Source: Octopus bimaculoides (taxonomy: Eukaryota). From it: a DNA stretch of 64,000 nucleotides. The stretch covers positions 102,919,195 to 102,983,194 of the forward strand of contig NC_068983.1 in assembly GCF_001194135.2 (NCBI RefSeq). The letters run 5' to 3'. Position numbers and translations under genes: made by a program. The notes beneath the pieces were generated by a model, which was given only the letters and a program-made list of their open reading frames with translations, searched no databases and was not told the DNA's origin. Position 1 is the stretch's first letter; each line of letters opens with the position of its first letter. Below are positions 25,317 through 38,500 of the stretch, one piece after another.

Positions 25317-26545
25317 TTAAACAGCTGATGTCCTTTGAAGTTAAGACATTCATTACTTTGTACTCAGGAATTAGGAGAGAGAACTTAAAATTTTTTATTT
25401 GTTTTTTGCTTTATTTTGAAGATCCNNNNNNNNNNNNNNNNNNNNNNNNNNNNNNNNNNNNNNNNNNNNNNNNNNNNNNNNNNNNNNNNNNNNNNNNNNN
25501 NNNNNNNNNNNNNNNNNNNNNNNNNNNNNNNNNNNNNNNNNNNNNNNNNNNNNNNNNNNNNNNNNNNNNNNNNNNNNNNNNNNNNNNNNNNNNNNNNNNN
25601 NNNNNNNNNNNNNNNNCATTCATGCCTTTCTGAAAACATTGACACCCGAAACAATGCCTTTTCTTTTTATTTATTTATCTGCTTCTTAATGTGAAAATAA
25701 AAAGTAAATACATAAATAAGTAAAGAAATAGAGTCCATAAATTTGCAAATAGACCAAAATATACTTTGCCTCTTGCTAAGTGGTTGGCTTGTTTTTTGCT
25801 CACTAAGAAAAGACCATCATCGTTTTTAGACCAAAATAAAAAAGGAAGAGGCCAAAGTTGAAAAAATTCCAGCAAACTCAAGTTGAACAGAGTAAAAATG
25901 TTAGCACTAGGATCTGATGTCACTAACATACCTCAATTACACACACACACACACATATGTATCCAAAGGGGATTAACTTCTAATAAAAAAAAAATTATCG
26001 CCCTTAGAATTTGAAAGTTAATAGCAAAACCATAGCAACATTTCTATTACTTCTAGAATAATGAAAGTGATGATTACTTCGAGACTTTACAGAATAGCGA
26101 AGCATACAACGTTGGGTTTCACTATCATTAGGTCGTGGGTTCGATACTTCGGCTGGGTAGCACATTGTGTTCTAAAGCAATGCACTTTATTTCTCATTGC
26201 TCCAGTACACTTACCTGTAAATGAATACATGTGGTACCTAGAAGTTAACTGTACAAAAACTTGATGTTCTATTCAGGGGGACGTTTGGCACTCTTAACTC
26301 TCTAAACACTTTGTAAATCTAGATAAGCTCAGGCTTATCAGCCTGTAAATTTGGGTTTTCTTTAGTGGCACACTATTTAACAATCTCTAGGCGTGGCTGT
26401 GTGGTAAGGAGCTTGCTTCCAAACCACATGGTTCTGGGTTCAGTCCCACTGCATGTCACTTTAGGCAAGTGTCTTCTACTATAGCCTCGGACCAACCAAA
26501 GCTTTGTGAATGAATTTGGTAGACAGAAACTGAAAGAAGCCTGTC

Positions 26546-26583
<38 letters not shown>

Positions 26584-26861
26584 CTGACCATGGCTTGTTG
26601 GTGTGTTTATGTCCCTGCAACTTAGCGATTTGGAAAAAGAAACCAATAGAATAAATACCATGCTTTAAAAAAAAATAAGTGCTGGGGTTGATCTATTTGA
26701 CTAAAAATTCAAAGCGGTGCTCCAGCATGGCCACAGTCTAATGAACTGAAACAAGCAGAAAAATTTAAAAAAGCTAGCTGAATACATAATATAAACTGAG
26801 CAAAAGCTTTTGGTGGGGTGAATCTTTGATCCAGAATTCATAAAATCTCATTTCACTTCCA

Positions 26862-28540
26862 TCATAATCCTCATCATTTAGTGTCCACTTTCCATGCTAG
26901 CATGGGTTAGATGGTTTCAACGGAACTTTTAAGCTGGAGAGCTGTACCTGGTTCCAGTCTGATCTGGCATGGTTTCTACAGCTGGATGCCCTTCCTAATA
27001 CCAGCCACTCCAAGAGTGTAATGTGTGCCTTTACATGTCACTGTCACAGGTGCCTGGTATGTGACACTGGCATTTGCCAAGTCTACGATTTCGCATGGCT
27101 TGATGAGTCTTCCCAAGCACAGCATATTGCCAAAGGTCTCAATCACTTGTCATCACTTCTATGAGGTCCAACATTCAAAGATTATGTTTCACCACCTTGT
27201 CCCATGTCTTCCTGGGTCTACCTCTCCCACAGGTTCTCTCCACAGTTAGAGATCGGCACTTCTTACATCACTTCTTACACAACACATGACCATTCCAGTG
27301 CAGTCATCTCTCTTGCACACAACATCTGATATCTCTTATGCCCAATTTTTCTCTCAAGATGCTTACACTCTGTCATACATGCACACTGACATTGCACATC
27401 CAGCAAAGCACTTTAGTCTCATTTCTTTCAAGCCTTCGCATGTCCACTGCAATCACAGCCCATGTTTCACTGCTGTGTAACATGGCTGTTTTCACACAGG
27501 CATCACACAATCAGCCTTTCACTATGAGGGAGAGACCCTTTGCTACCAACAAAGGTAGAAGCTCTCTGAACTTTGCCCAACCTATTCTTATTTTAGCAGC
27601 TATGCCCTCAGAGCATCTAACTCCATTGTTGCCTTGGTCACCTAGATAACAGAAGCTATCATCTACTTCTAGGTATCTCCACTGGCATTTGATGGAGTCT
27701 ATTTTCTATACATTTCTAGTGTTTATTGTACTTGTACATCTGCCACACACAAAGACTATTTTCACTGTTAACCTTCCCCTAGTATTGCTGCACCTCTTAT
27801 GTGTCCATAACATGCACTGGGTACACCTTATGGAGTTTTTACCTATGCCTTTTCTATTGGGTTGTCTGGAAAGTTTGTGCCAATTTATAGTAGCTTACTT
27901 TTCAACTTATTTGCCATGAAACCACCTCAATTCTGGGAAGAGGGTATTTTCAAGTTAAAGTAAAGATGGAGATGCATTATGCAACAAAATGGTTCATATT
28001 TGGTTAATTAAAAATGTAATGGCAAGTATTTATTGACCTTTTCCTTTCCTTTAAAAATCGGCACGAACTTTCCGGACAACCCAATACATATTGAGCATGT
28101 CTATCTACCTGAAGAGATTTGTGATTTGTCAGCTTTCCAACTTTCTAAGTCTTTTGCTTTTTACTAAATTAACTCTAAGGCCCTTTGATTCCAGACTTTG
28201 CTTCCACACCTGAAATTTTATCTCCAGTTCTGGTAGTGATTCAGCTATAAGAAGAAGATCAGCATAGAGGAGCTGCCAGAGCCAGTCTGACTTAAATTCC
28301 TCTTACTGCCAGGAGGACTATGATGAACAAGAGGGGGCTGAGGACTGATCCTTGGTGAACTCCTACTTGTACACTGTATTCATCACTATACTCATTGCCA
28401 ACCCTCACCTTACTGACAACATCCCTGTACATGGCTTGTACAGCTTTCGTCAGCCACTCCTCTATCCCTAGTTTCCACACTTACTACCAGATAAGAGAAT
28501 GGGAGACCCTGTCAAAGGCCTTCTCCATGTCAACAAAAGC
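26862..28540 (-). mobile_element. RTE LINE, decayed, includes RT motifs
   Basis: AFVDMEKAFDRV and VGVHQGSVLSPLLFIIV RT motifs, followed by the C-terminal region and 3' tail. Confidence 0.85.
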
Positions 28541-29429
28541 CAAAGTCCCACTGCGTGGCATCTTGGGCAGGTGTCTTCTACTATAGCCTCGGGCCAACCA
28601 AAGCCTTGTGAGTGGATTTGGTAGACGGAAACTGAAAGAAGCCCGTCGTATATATGTATATATATATATGTATATGTATGTGTGTTTGTGTGTCTGTGTT
28701 TGTGCCCCCACCATCGCTTGACAACTGATGCTGGTGTGTTTACGTCCCCGTAACTTAGCGGCTCGGCAAAAAGAGACCGATAGAATAAGTACTAGGCTTA
28801 CAAAGGAATAAGTCCTGGGGTCGATTTGCTCGACTAAAGGCGGTGCTCCAGCATGGCCGCAGTCAAATGACTGAAACAAGTAAAAGAGTAAAAGAGAGCC
28901 AAACAAAAAAAAAAAAGAAAAGAAAAAAAAACAGGCAGAAACTAGGTATGGGTGCATGGTTAAGAAGCTAGCTTTGCAACCATGTGGCACTGCATAATAC
29001 TTTGATCAAGTGTTTTCTACTTATATAACCAAGAGTCAACCAATGTGCTAAGAGTGAATTTGATAGACAGAAATTGTGTGGAAATCTGTCGTATATATGT
29101 GCGTGTGTGTGTGTGAGATTTTGTATCTGTGTTTGTCCTTGCCCCACCACTTGACAACTGGTGTTCTTTATGTCCCCATAACTTAGAAGTCTGGCGAAAG
29201 TGATCAACAGAATAAGTACCAGACTTGATAAGAAAAAAGAAAAAAAAGAAAGAAAATAAGTACAAGGATTGATTTGTTTGATTAAAATCTCTTCAAGTTG
29301 GTGCCCAGCTTGGCTGCAGTCCAATGACTGAGACAAGTAAAAGATATAAAAGATAAATGAAGACAACAGGTGAACAAAAAAAGCTCGATTATAGTTTTTA
29401 GAAATTTAGGGCAGAATAATTTTACTTAC

Positions 29430-29554
29430 AATTTTGTTGCAGGAATTGTTTCCACAATATCAGGAAAGTATCGATGCTTTACATTGTGTTTAAAGCCAAC
29501 GTTCTCCATGGGAGACGGTCGTTGAACCTGAGAAACATTAGCTTTGGAGTGGTT
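29430..29554 (-). CDS. RALGAPB: RALGAPB exon, 125 nt, phase 0-2
   Basis: ttcaacag / gtaagt. NHSKANVSQVQRPSPMENVGFKHNVKHRYFPDIVETIPATKL matches recalled [28 protein letters not shown]. Confidence 0.93.
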
Positions 29555-31650
29555 CTGTTGAAATTATGAAAAATAGAAAATAAAAACGGTTTGATATATA
29601 TATATGTATATATATATGCACACATACGTATTTACTTATATATAAGTTGCACCTCTAGGTACAAATTTTTCTTTTCCTCTATAGTTTTAGCCCAGGTTTT
29701 GCAGTAAAAATCAAGTATAAAATAGTGTGATGTATACACAAGAAAATACAGTATATAATATAAACTGCTATGTTAGAGTTAATGTAGCAAAGCAGGGAGC
29801 ATTAAAAAATTAACAAATAATTTTGCAATGAAGAAAAGACACTCTCATTCAAGGAACAATATTTTTTTGCACTTTTGCTCCACATACAGGAGGTCCATAC
29901 ATTAAATATGATAGCACTAGCTTCTAACAACTATTTTTCATGTTTAACATCTCTAAATTATCATTATATATATATTTCAATACCAAAATCTTGCAGTTAT
30001 TTAATTTCTCTTACATTACTATTTTCAGAACCCTTGATGATACATAAAATAAAATATCATTAATTGATTTAAATTATAACGCTAAAGGTTTGTATCAACT
30101 CTCTCATTAACTAGCTACACTGGATAAAGGATTATACATATACATTGACAGCTCCATAGAGAAGTGCTGATCACTCAAAGTGGATGAAACTCGTGGTAAA
30201 ATGAAACCCAGAAAGACATGGGACGAAGTACCAAAGGGCGATCTCAGGACACCGAACCTTACAGAAGAGATGATAAAGGACCAAGATATCTGGTGCCTTG
30301 CTGTACTCAAGAACACCCATTCTCCACAGCAGAAGTGCTAATTCTGCTCCTTCTTGAAGAGAATTGTCCTGCAACAGCTCTGTGCCGGTGTCACATAAAA
30401 AGCACTTGTGCCAGCATCATGTGAAAGGGCTCATGCTGGGGCCATAATAAAAACATCCAGCACACACTATAAAGTAGTTGGCATTAGGAAGGACATCCAG
30501 CCACAGAAACCAAGCCAAATCAGACTGGATTTGCCAGCTCTGGTCAAAGCATCCATCCCATGCCAACATGGAAAATGGACTCTAGAGGATGAAGATGATC
30601 ATCATCCCCAAGCTGCATATATAATCACTTATCCAATAAGGAATTGGCCAGACAGGATAATAACCTATCCAGTATATTGGACCAATCCTGTTTTTTGAAT
30701 ATAAGAGAAGGTGTATTTTTTCAGTTTTTGGAGCCTGGTGTAGCCATCTGGTTTCACCAGTCCTCAGTCAAATCGTCCAACCCATGCTAGCATGGAAAGC
30801 AGACGTTAAACGACGATGATGATGAAGACAATTTTTTCCCTTTAACTTTCAACTTTTGAAAAAATTTCTTTAGCAGCTGGATTTTTTTTCTATTACTAGG
30901 CACTCAATGTGATATAGAAATCATGGATGTTTATCAGCTAGTCAGCCTGAGTGAGCAAGCATGGTTAATTATATCCCTTATCCAAGAGTAAACATTCAAG
31001 TAGTAAGTAATAATAAAGTTCGAACACATGAGCTTGTAACCAATACTCTCTTATCGTAATATCATGACTATTGTGCCATAAAAAATTCTGTGAGAAAAAT
31101 AAAATGTGTATAGTATTAAGGAATAGCAAAATCTTGTTTGTTCATCATCATCGTTTAACATCCATCTTCCATGCATGCATGGGTAGGACTTCATTTGGTA
31201 ATAATAACTGATATTAACAGCAACTCAATAATTAATTTATTTGAAAATTAGGTTCACTGTTGTTAGTTTGAAATGTCACTACAGATAATTAACAAAAAAC
31301 TCCACTGAAAACACTTAGCAATTCCTTAGTAACTTTTGCAGTTCATGTTTGCCTTTTACATCCAAAGGGAAGCAGAGAGAAAAAAAAAGAGAATGCAAAG
31401 AGAAAGAATGTTTGGTAGGTATACTTGTTTGTGTTAAACTGTATATGTGATTTTGCCTATGTTATATGCATGTATGCGTTTTTGCATGTACTCTGCAGGA
31501 ATTTTCTATAAGATGCATAAGAGGTAAATAGCTAGTGACAAGAACAAACAGTTCACACTATTGAATAAAGAAAAAAAAAGTAGGAAGTTATGAATAAAAG
31601 GGAGAAAAGAAAGAATATAAAAGTAAAGAAATATATGTAGTAGTTATGTC

Positions 31651-31879
31651 AATATTGATAACATACACTGGTTCAATTCCACTCCTTTCTTATTAGTTAA
31701 TTGGTTAGATATCCAATTAACTAATTTATTGTTTAAGTTGGTAAAACAGTCAGTCATCTGTTTTTATGAAAAAAAAAAGATTGACTTTAACCAAATTAAA
31801 CAAACAACTAGTTGAATAGCTAGCCAATTGACCAATAATAAAGGAATGGAATTGAACAAGTGGATGTGTTATTAATACT
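31651..31879. repeat. Imperfect foldback with about 100-bp arms
   Basis: GTTCAATTCCACTCCTTTCTTATTAGTTAATTGG pairs with CCAATTGACCAATAATAAAGGAATGGAATTGAAC. Confidence 0.8.
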
Positions 31880-32099
31880 GGTGTAATGACTCTCCCTAGA
31901 CACAACAAAATTTGTTTCAACACATAAATTCACATAAAGAATCTTGCAAACCAGATACAAAAATGAAGTAAATGTAGTAAAAATATGAGTATTTCCATAT
32001 TAAAATAGATTGCCTTTACTGGTACTAAACAATGGCTGCAGCTTCTTCCTGGCATCAAAACGATCAAGACGTGCAGAGCAGCTAAACAATAAAACTTAC

Positions 32100-32191
32100 A
32101 ATTACTTTGCGTGGCTGGTGTCGAAGTTGCATAGTCCAGGCATGTCGTCCAAAAGGACCACGGATGAGAGCTGTTACTGTAGGTAATGGAT
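32100..32191 (-). CDS. RALGAPB: RALGAPB exon, 92 nt, phase 1-0
   Basis: ttaaatcag / gtaagt. DPLPTVTALIRGPFGRHAWTMQLRHQPRKVI matches recalled [20 protein letters not shown]..LPR. Confidence 0.93.
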
Positions 32192-32467
32192 CTGATTTAA
32201 AGAACAAGGAGAAAAATAAAACAGTGAGATTTTTTAAATTCAATATTTGAATATATTTAATTTTAATTGATAATAAAAAAAATAAAAACAATGAGTAGCT
32301 TTGATCAGTTCTGTTCTATCATATGGAGATAGCAATGGTGTATGATGAAAAGGGAGCATTGAGAGACAGCCATGATGAATTCTGTACTATGATATGCAAA
32401 TAGACAATGGAAGAATTAATTGTTAGTCTAACTGTAGCCATGCCATAATTATTGCATGGATGTAGAC

Positions 32468-32630
32468 AGGCGTAGGAGTGGCTGTGTGGTAAGTAGCTTG
32501 CTTACCAACCACATGGTTCCGGGTTCAGTCCCACTGCGTGGCACCTTGGGCAAGTGTCTTCTACTATAGCCTCGGGCCGACCAAAGCCTTATGAGTGGAT
32601 GTGGTAGACGGAAACTGAAAGAAGCCCGTC

Positions 32631-32690
<60 letters not shown>

Positions 32691-32910
32691 ATGTATGTGT
32701 TTGTGTGTCTGTGTTTGTCCCCCCACCATCGCTTAACAACCGATGCTGATGTGTTTACGTCCCCGTAACTTAGGGGTTCGGCAAAAAGAAACCGATAGAA
32801 TAAGTACTAGGCTTACAAAGAATAAGTCCTGAGGTCGATTAGCTCGACTAAAAGGCGGTGCTCCAGCATGACTACAGTCAAATGACTGAAACAAGTAAAA
32901 GAGTAAAAGA
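32468..32910 (+). mobile_element. SINE family A, near-consensus full-length copy
   Basis: Head GGAGTGGCTGTGTGGTAAG..GGGTTCAGTCCC, internal (TA)n, tail GAAACAAGTAAAAGAGTAAAAGAG. Further copies at about 14540-15065, 19930-20300, 26388-26765, 28545-29355, 40530-40710, 57100-57260 and 63548-63760. Confidence 0.9.
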
Positions 32911-33457
32911 GTGTAAAGAGAGTTGCATACAGAAGTGCCGATCATTTGAAGTGGATGGAACCCATGGAAGAAGGAGACCCAGGAAGGCATGGGACAAAGT
33001 AGTGAATGCTGATCTCAAGACACTAAGCCTTACAAAGGAGATGGCAAAGGATTGAGATATCTGGTACCTTGCTGTACTCAAGAAGATCCGTCTGCCATAG
33101 CAGAATTGATAGCTTGGTTGGTGCCACATAAAAAGTACTGGCGCCACATTAAAAGCACTGGTGCTAGTGCTACATAAAAAGCTTCCAGTACACTCTGTGT
33201 TGTTGTCATTAGGAAGGGCATCCAGCTGTAGAAACCTTGTTAGAACAGACAATTGAGACTGGTATGGCCCCCAGGTTTACCAGCTCTGATCAAATTATTC
33301 AACCCATCCCAGCATGGAAAATGGATGTTAAATGATGATGATGGGTGATACTGTGCTATAATTTATTACTGAGATATGACACTCCATTTTAAAGATAGTA
33401 AGGTGAGAAAAGAGTAATGATTAAATTATATGATTATACAGAAACTGCCTTGTTGAT

Positions 33458-33488
<31 letters not shown>

Positions 33489-33495
33489 ATATATA

Positions 33496-34227
33496 NNNNN
33501 NNNNNNNNNNNNNNNNNNNNNNNNNNNNNNNNNNNNNNNNNNNNNNNNNNNNNNNNNNNNNNNNNNNNNNNNNNNNNNNNNNNNNNNNNNNNNNNNNNNN
33601 NNNNNNNNNNNNNNNNNNNNNNNNNNNNNNNNNNNNNNNNNNNNNNNNNNNNNNNNNNNNNNNNNNNNNNNNNNNNNNNNNNNNNNNNNNNNNNNNNNNN
33701 NNNNNNNNNNNNNNNNNNNNNNNNNNNNNNNNNNNNNNNNNNNNNNNNNNNNNNNNNNNNNNNNNNNNNNNNNNNNNNNNNNNNNNNNNNNNNNNNNNNN
33801 NNNNNNNNNNNNNNNNNNNNNNNNNNNNNNNNNNNNNNNNNNNNNNNNNNNNNNNNNNNNNNNNNNNNNNNNNNNNNNNNNNNNNNNNNNNNNNNNNNNN
33901 NNNNNNNNNNNNNNNNNNNNNNNNNNNNNNNNNNNNNNNNNNNNNNNNNNNNNNNNNNNNNNNNNNNNNNNNNNNNNNNNNNNNNNNNNNNNNNNNNNNN
34001 NNNNNNNNNNNNNNNNNNNNNNNNNNNNNNNNNNNNNNNNNNNNNNNNNNNNNNNNNNNNNNNNNNNNNNNNNNNNNNNNNNNNNNNNNNNNNNNNNNNN
34101 NNNNNNNNNNNNNNNNNNNNNNNNNNNNNNNNNNNNNNNNNNNNNNNNNNNNNNNNNNNNNNNNNNNNNNNNNNNNNNNNNNNNNNNNNNNNNNNNNNNN
34201 NNNNNNNNNNNNNNNNNNNNNNNNNNT
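33496..34227. other. Assembly gap likely hiding a RALGAPB exon
   Basis: The exon at 35376 ends in phase 0 and the exon at 32191 starts in phase 1. A conserved segment of about 57 aa is absent from the visible intron sequence. Confidence 0.6.
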
Positions 34228-35235
34228 TTTCATCCAAATGATTCTAAAAACTGGGGAATAAATGATAATCAGATGGGGAAATGTCCAGCAAATATAGTGG
34301 GTGGAACATTGTTTCCCATTGAAACTGCTCCAGCTTTTGGAATGTCATCTTTGCTGTATGTGGCCAAGCATTATCCTGATAGAAGAACACTTTTCATCTC
34401 GAAACCAAAGATGATCGTTTTTCTTCTAGTGCTGACTTAAGCTGCTCAAGCTGCTTGCAGTAGATCTCCTTTGCTATCATTTTGTTTGGGTTTAAAAGTT
34501 CAAAGTGGACTAAACCTTTCATATCCCACCAAACAGATAACAACACCTTATGTGGATGAAGACCTTCTTTAGCCTGGGGTGCTAATGTTTCTCCTTTCCC
34601 TACCCACTGTCTTTGGTGCTCGACATTTGTATAGAGAACCTATTTCTTATCACCAGTCACTGTTCGGTCCAAAAAAGTTTCATTTGAGAGACGTGACAAT
34701 AAAGAAGAGCACACATTCAATCTCTGCATGTGATTAAACTTGGAGAGTTTGTGAGGAACCCACTGACCCAATTTGGTGACTTTTCCAATGGCACAAAGTT
34801 GTTGATGAATGGGTGATTGACCAAATGCAAGCTTCACTGCTAGTTCCTCAACAGTTACAATGGGATTTTGTTCCACCAGGGTTTGCAGGATGTCCTCGCC
34901 AAGCTCTACAGATCTTCCAGGACGAGGCTCATCTTCTTGGCTGCAGTTTCCAGCTCAGAATTTTTGGAACCACCATTGACACTGGCTTACACTTATTGTC
35001 TGATCCCCATATACTGCATTAATATTCCTTGCACTTCCTATTGCGTTGTTGCCTTTATTGAACTCATAAAGCAAAATATGCTGAATATGCTCCTTTGTCA
35101 CTTGCATTATAACTTTGAAAAAATAACTGTTAAAATCGAACTGCACTCTTCAAAACTTGCACTAAGAATAAGCACAAAGTAAAATTACTACCTGCTGTTA
35201 TAGCAAGTTGATGCAGATAATTTATCCCATCCCCC
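34228..35235 (-). mobile_element. mariner transposase relic
   Basis: MQVTKEHIQHILLYEFNKG..WWFQKF, WVPHKLS, TVTGDKK, and WETMFHPLY..SPSDYH (YSPDLAP-like). Confidence 0.85.
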
Positions 35236-35375
35236 TCTGACTTTTAATTCATGCAATTGAAAAAAACTGTGTATTATTCATGTGATGACCCAATAGATTA
35301 AAATCTTAGAAGTTAATTCATAATCAATTCATAGGAACAAAGAAAACAAATAATATATCATTGAAATAAATTTAC

Positions 35376-35486
35376 CACTTGGTCAATAATACACGTGAGG
35401 ACTTCTTCAGCAGCATCTTTAACTCTCATGGATTTAGGCTTCAGCTGTTTCTCTCCTTTGTATTTTGGTTCATCTGTTGCTCGATG
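35376..35486 (-). CDS. RALGAPB: RALGAPB exon, 111 nt, phase 0-0
   Basis: gttttctag / gtaaat. [37 protein letters not shown] matches recalled [26 protein letters not shown]. Confidence 0.95.
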
Positions 35487-38039
35487 CTAGAAAACATGAC
35501 AGATTAAGTTAGCCATTTCATTAACAGTGAGAAACGTCTGTCCATTACTAAGCAACAAAGACACATTTGCAACAAACACTAAAGTAAATGATATTGAACA
35601 TTATAAGCACCACCAGCTTGACACAGACAAAACACAATTCCACTGACAAAGTTTAGACAATGTGTCTTATTGCTTGCAAGTCTTCCCCATTTACTGATTA
35701 CACTACAGTGCATTTGTCATCCACCACCTCTTCTTGAATAAAGTAAGTAAAATCAATATCCAGCAAAGAAGCAAGGTACAATCTAAAAGTCACAGTAGTG
35801 GAGTGTAATATTCATAATATTATTCTCTCATCTCAATAAATGAATCCCACTTCAGAGAAATAACGATTATGAGAACAAAAATAGCCAATATTAATATATG
35901 TAAAGGAAATTAATTATCAATATGTAATGAAATAAGTGCTCTTATATGCATAATTTCTGGAACAGGATACTCAGTTATAAAACAACAATATTGTAATAGA
36001 AACACTTGTGTGAAGTTAGTACAAATTCAACAACAGAGTGTGAAGGCCAGTCAAATTCTGGAATATATAGTCTTTCTAAGTATTTACAATCGGGCAAGAA
36101 CTAGGCACTAACAAAGTGATAATTTACACATAACAAGGCATTTCTGTTTCTGTGGTCCATGTGCATGTGTGTGCATGTACATGAACACATGCATATAGAT
36201 ATATTGCTTACCCAATATGTGTTCCAATCTCTGATAGATTTAAATGGAGAATTTAGAGACATGTTCAGCTTTAATAAATATAAAATTAAAACTTGTTCTA
36301 GATGGCCACTTCAATTTATGGGGTGATATATCTTCAATATAGAAATAGCTTTGAGATTTAAAAAACAAAAATCTTAGTTCTTCAGTACTACTAATTGAGG
36401 TAAAATTATAAAACAAAAATTCCACTTTGAAACCTTTCTTTGCTCTTGTCAAAATATATTAATCTTTTTGAAATAATATTTTATGCCTCTTGTAACCAAA
36501 TTGTTATGAATTCTTTCCTTCAAAATAGGAATTATAATCCCTTAGATAGGAAAAGAAACAATTATAAAAGAGTGATATAAATATATTAGTTCAATTCAAA
36601 TATTAATGCCAGTATTAAAAAAAAATCTTCAAAGCCAGTGTGTAGCTCCAATTTCAAGGCATTAAGTAGATGAAGAAACACCAGTATATCACAAGTATCT
36701 TCTCAGATGATTTTCTAAAAATTTGCAACAGCTTAATGATCTGAGATTTGTAGAATAAGGTATTCTCTCCAGAAACAAAATGAAAGTGGATCTGAATGCA
36801 TGACTTATGATTAGACAGTCTTTATATGTTATCCACTTAGTCATCTCATCTTCACTGATATTAAACTGACTACATAATATTACTGAATAAATAATTACTT
36901 AATCTTAGAATTTAGCATGCATGAGAAGCACCTATTTGATATATTCATATATTTATTTTTGTCAAAGATTACTACATATTGTAGTAGCAAACATCTAGGC
37001 ATAATATTTCAATATCAACATAAAAGTGGTATTTCAAACAGCACAGGCTATAAAATTAGTTAGTGTCACAGAGCAAATGAAAAGCAAAGTAACAAACATT
37101 ACCAAACAGAAAAACAGTCATTTCCAAAAACAATGCATAAAAACAATACATCATACTTTGTTCAAATTAAATGGTTGGACATGTTATAAAAGACTGAAGG
37201 AAGGTGGGGGAAGAACTTGCTGGTCAGATTAAATTAACTGAAAATAAAAGTGCTTTATTTAATGATAAAATTAAATTACAAATTTAATTATTCTTTTCTT
37301 TTATACAGGGAAAAGATTAAAAGGTAAAAAAAAAAAAGAAAGAAATACCACCACCATTTTCCCATTTAATAATAATAATAGTTGAAAGCTTTTGCAATTA
37401 GCCACCGTTGTTGCCATGTATGATTTGAAGGAGACTTGACTTTTGTTTCTAACAGGTTGAGTGATTGTGTAGATGATCCTTCATTGGCTTGCAGTATCCT
37501 AATTTATTCAAAAAGAGCCAAAGATGCTGCAGAATGATGAAAGAGATCCCTTAATTACTTAATTATAGTAATTAGATAAGACATGAGCTGATGACAGGAC
37601 CAACTTAAACACTATAGAAATTGTCACTTTTATATTACTTTTACTGATCAGTAAAACTAATATAAAAGTGATAAATTTCTATAATGTTAAGTTGCAACAG
37701 CATCATTGGTTACAGGCTTCTAGAGAGGCAATCACTTGCCTGCTGCATTTCTAAGAACAATAGTGACAAGAGATTATCTGTTCAACTTGGGTGGAACAAA
37801 TACCACAGGCTATTTTCATTTGAAAGCACTGGTTTATGTTTTTCTCACTCATGTCTACATCTTATGCAATATACTTCAGTGAAAGATATACAAATGCATA
37901 CATATTCATGTATACTATATATATGCAGACATGGCAAAATAGCTGTTTCAAATGGCAATGCTGAAAGAGGTTAATTTTCCATACATTTGCCTCTTCATTA
38001 CCTTCTCATGTATCACTCACTTGCCTATTCATTGTAATA

Positions 38040-38500
38040 TGATGCCTGAGTAATGTGGGAAATTATTCGCTCTGACCATATTCAATCCTGGTGATGAGCT
38101 TGTCTGGGATGGAGAGGAAAGTGATACCCCCATGGGTGCTGCAGACGAATTTGTTGTCCTTCTGTTTCCATATGAGGAGGATGATGCTCCTGATCCAGTC
38201 ATTTGGGAGTTGCTATGACACCCGTACATGATTGATAATGCAAGTGAGACACAGAATCATGTTTTCTCTCCTTGCCTTCAATATTCCTGCAGTGATAGCA
38301 CAGATTCCAGAGGCTTTGTGGTTGTTGAGCTTTTTCAGGATGGATGTAATTAAGAAAGATCCCCAGAGGCTTAACTTCACCTTGGAGGATGCAGAGGAGC
38401 TGGCACAAGACCACCAGCAATGGAGAGCACTGGTGGACTTGGTCAGCTCTACACATGATGTCATCTCTGGCACCACCAACCTGGGATGACCCTGGCCCCA
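38040..38500. mobile_element. RTE-type LINE fragments in opposite orientations
   Basis: Minus strand: LPNDWIRSIILLIWKQKDNKFVCSTHGGITFLSIPDKLITRI (RT N-terminus). Plus strand: MDVIKKDPQRLNFTLEDAEELAQDHQQWRALV (LINE C-terminus). Confidence 0.7.

Noticed and set aside
32468-32545. tRNA genes at SINE heads
   Set aside because: A/B-box-like motifs are present but there is no cloverleaf, and they continue into SINE bodies.
38029-38229. Ser-rich minus-strand ORF that looks like a RALGAPB exon
   Set aside because: Another frame gives a clear RTE RT motif, so it is a LINE fragment.
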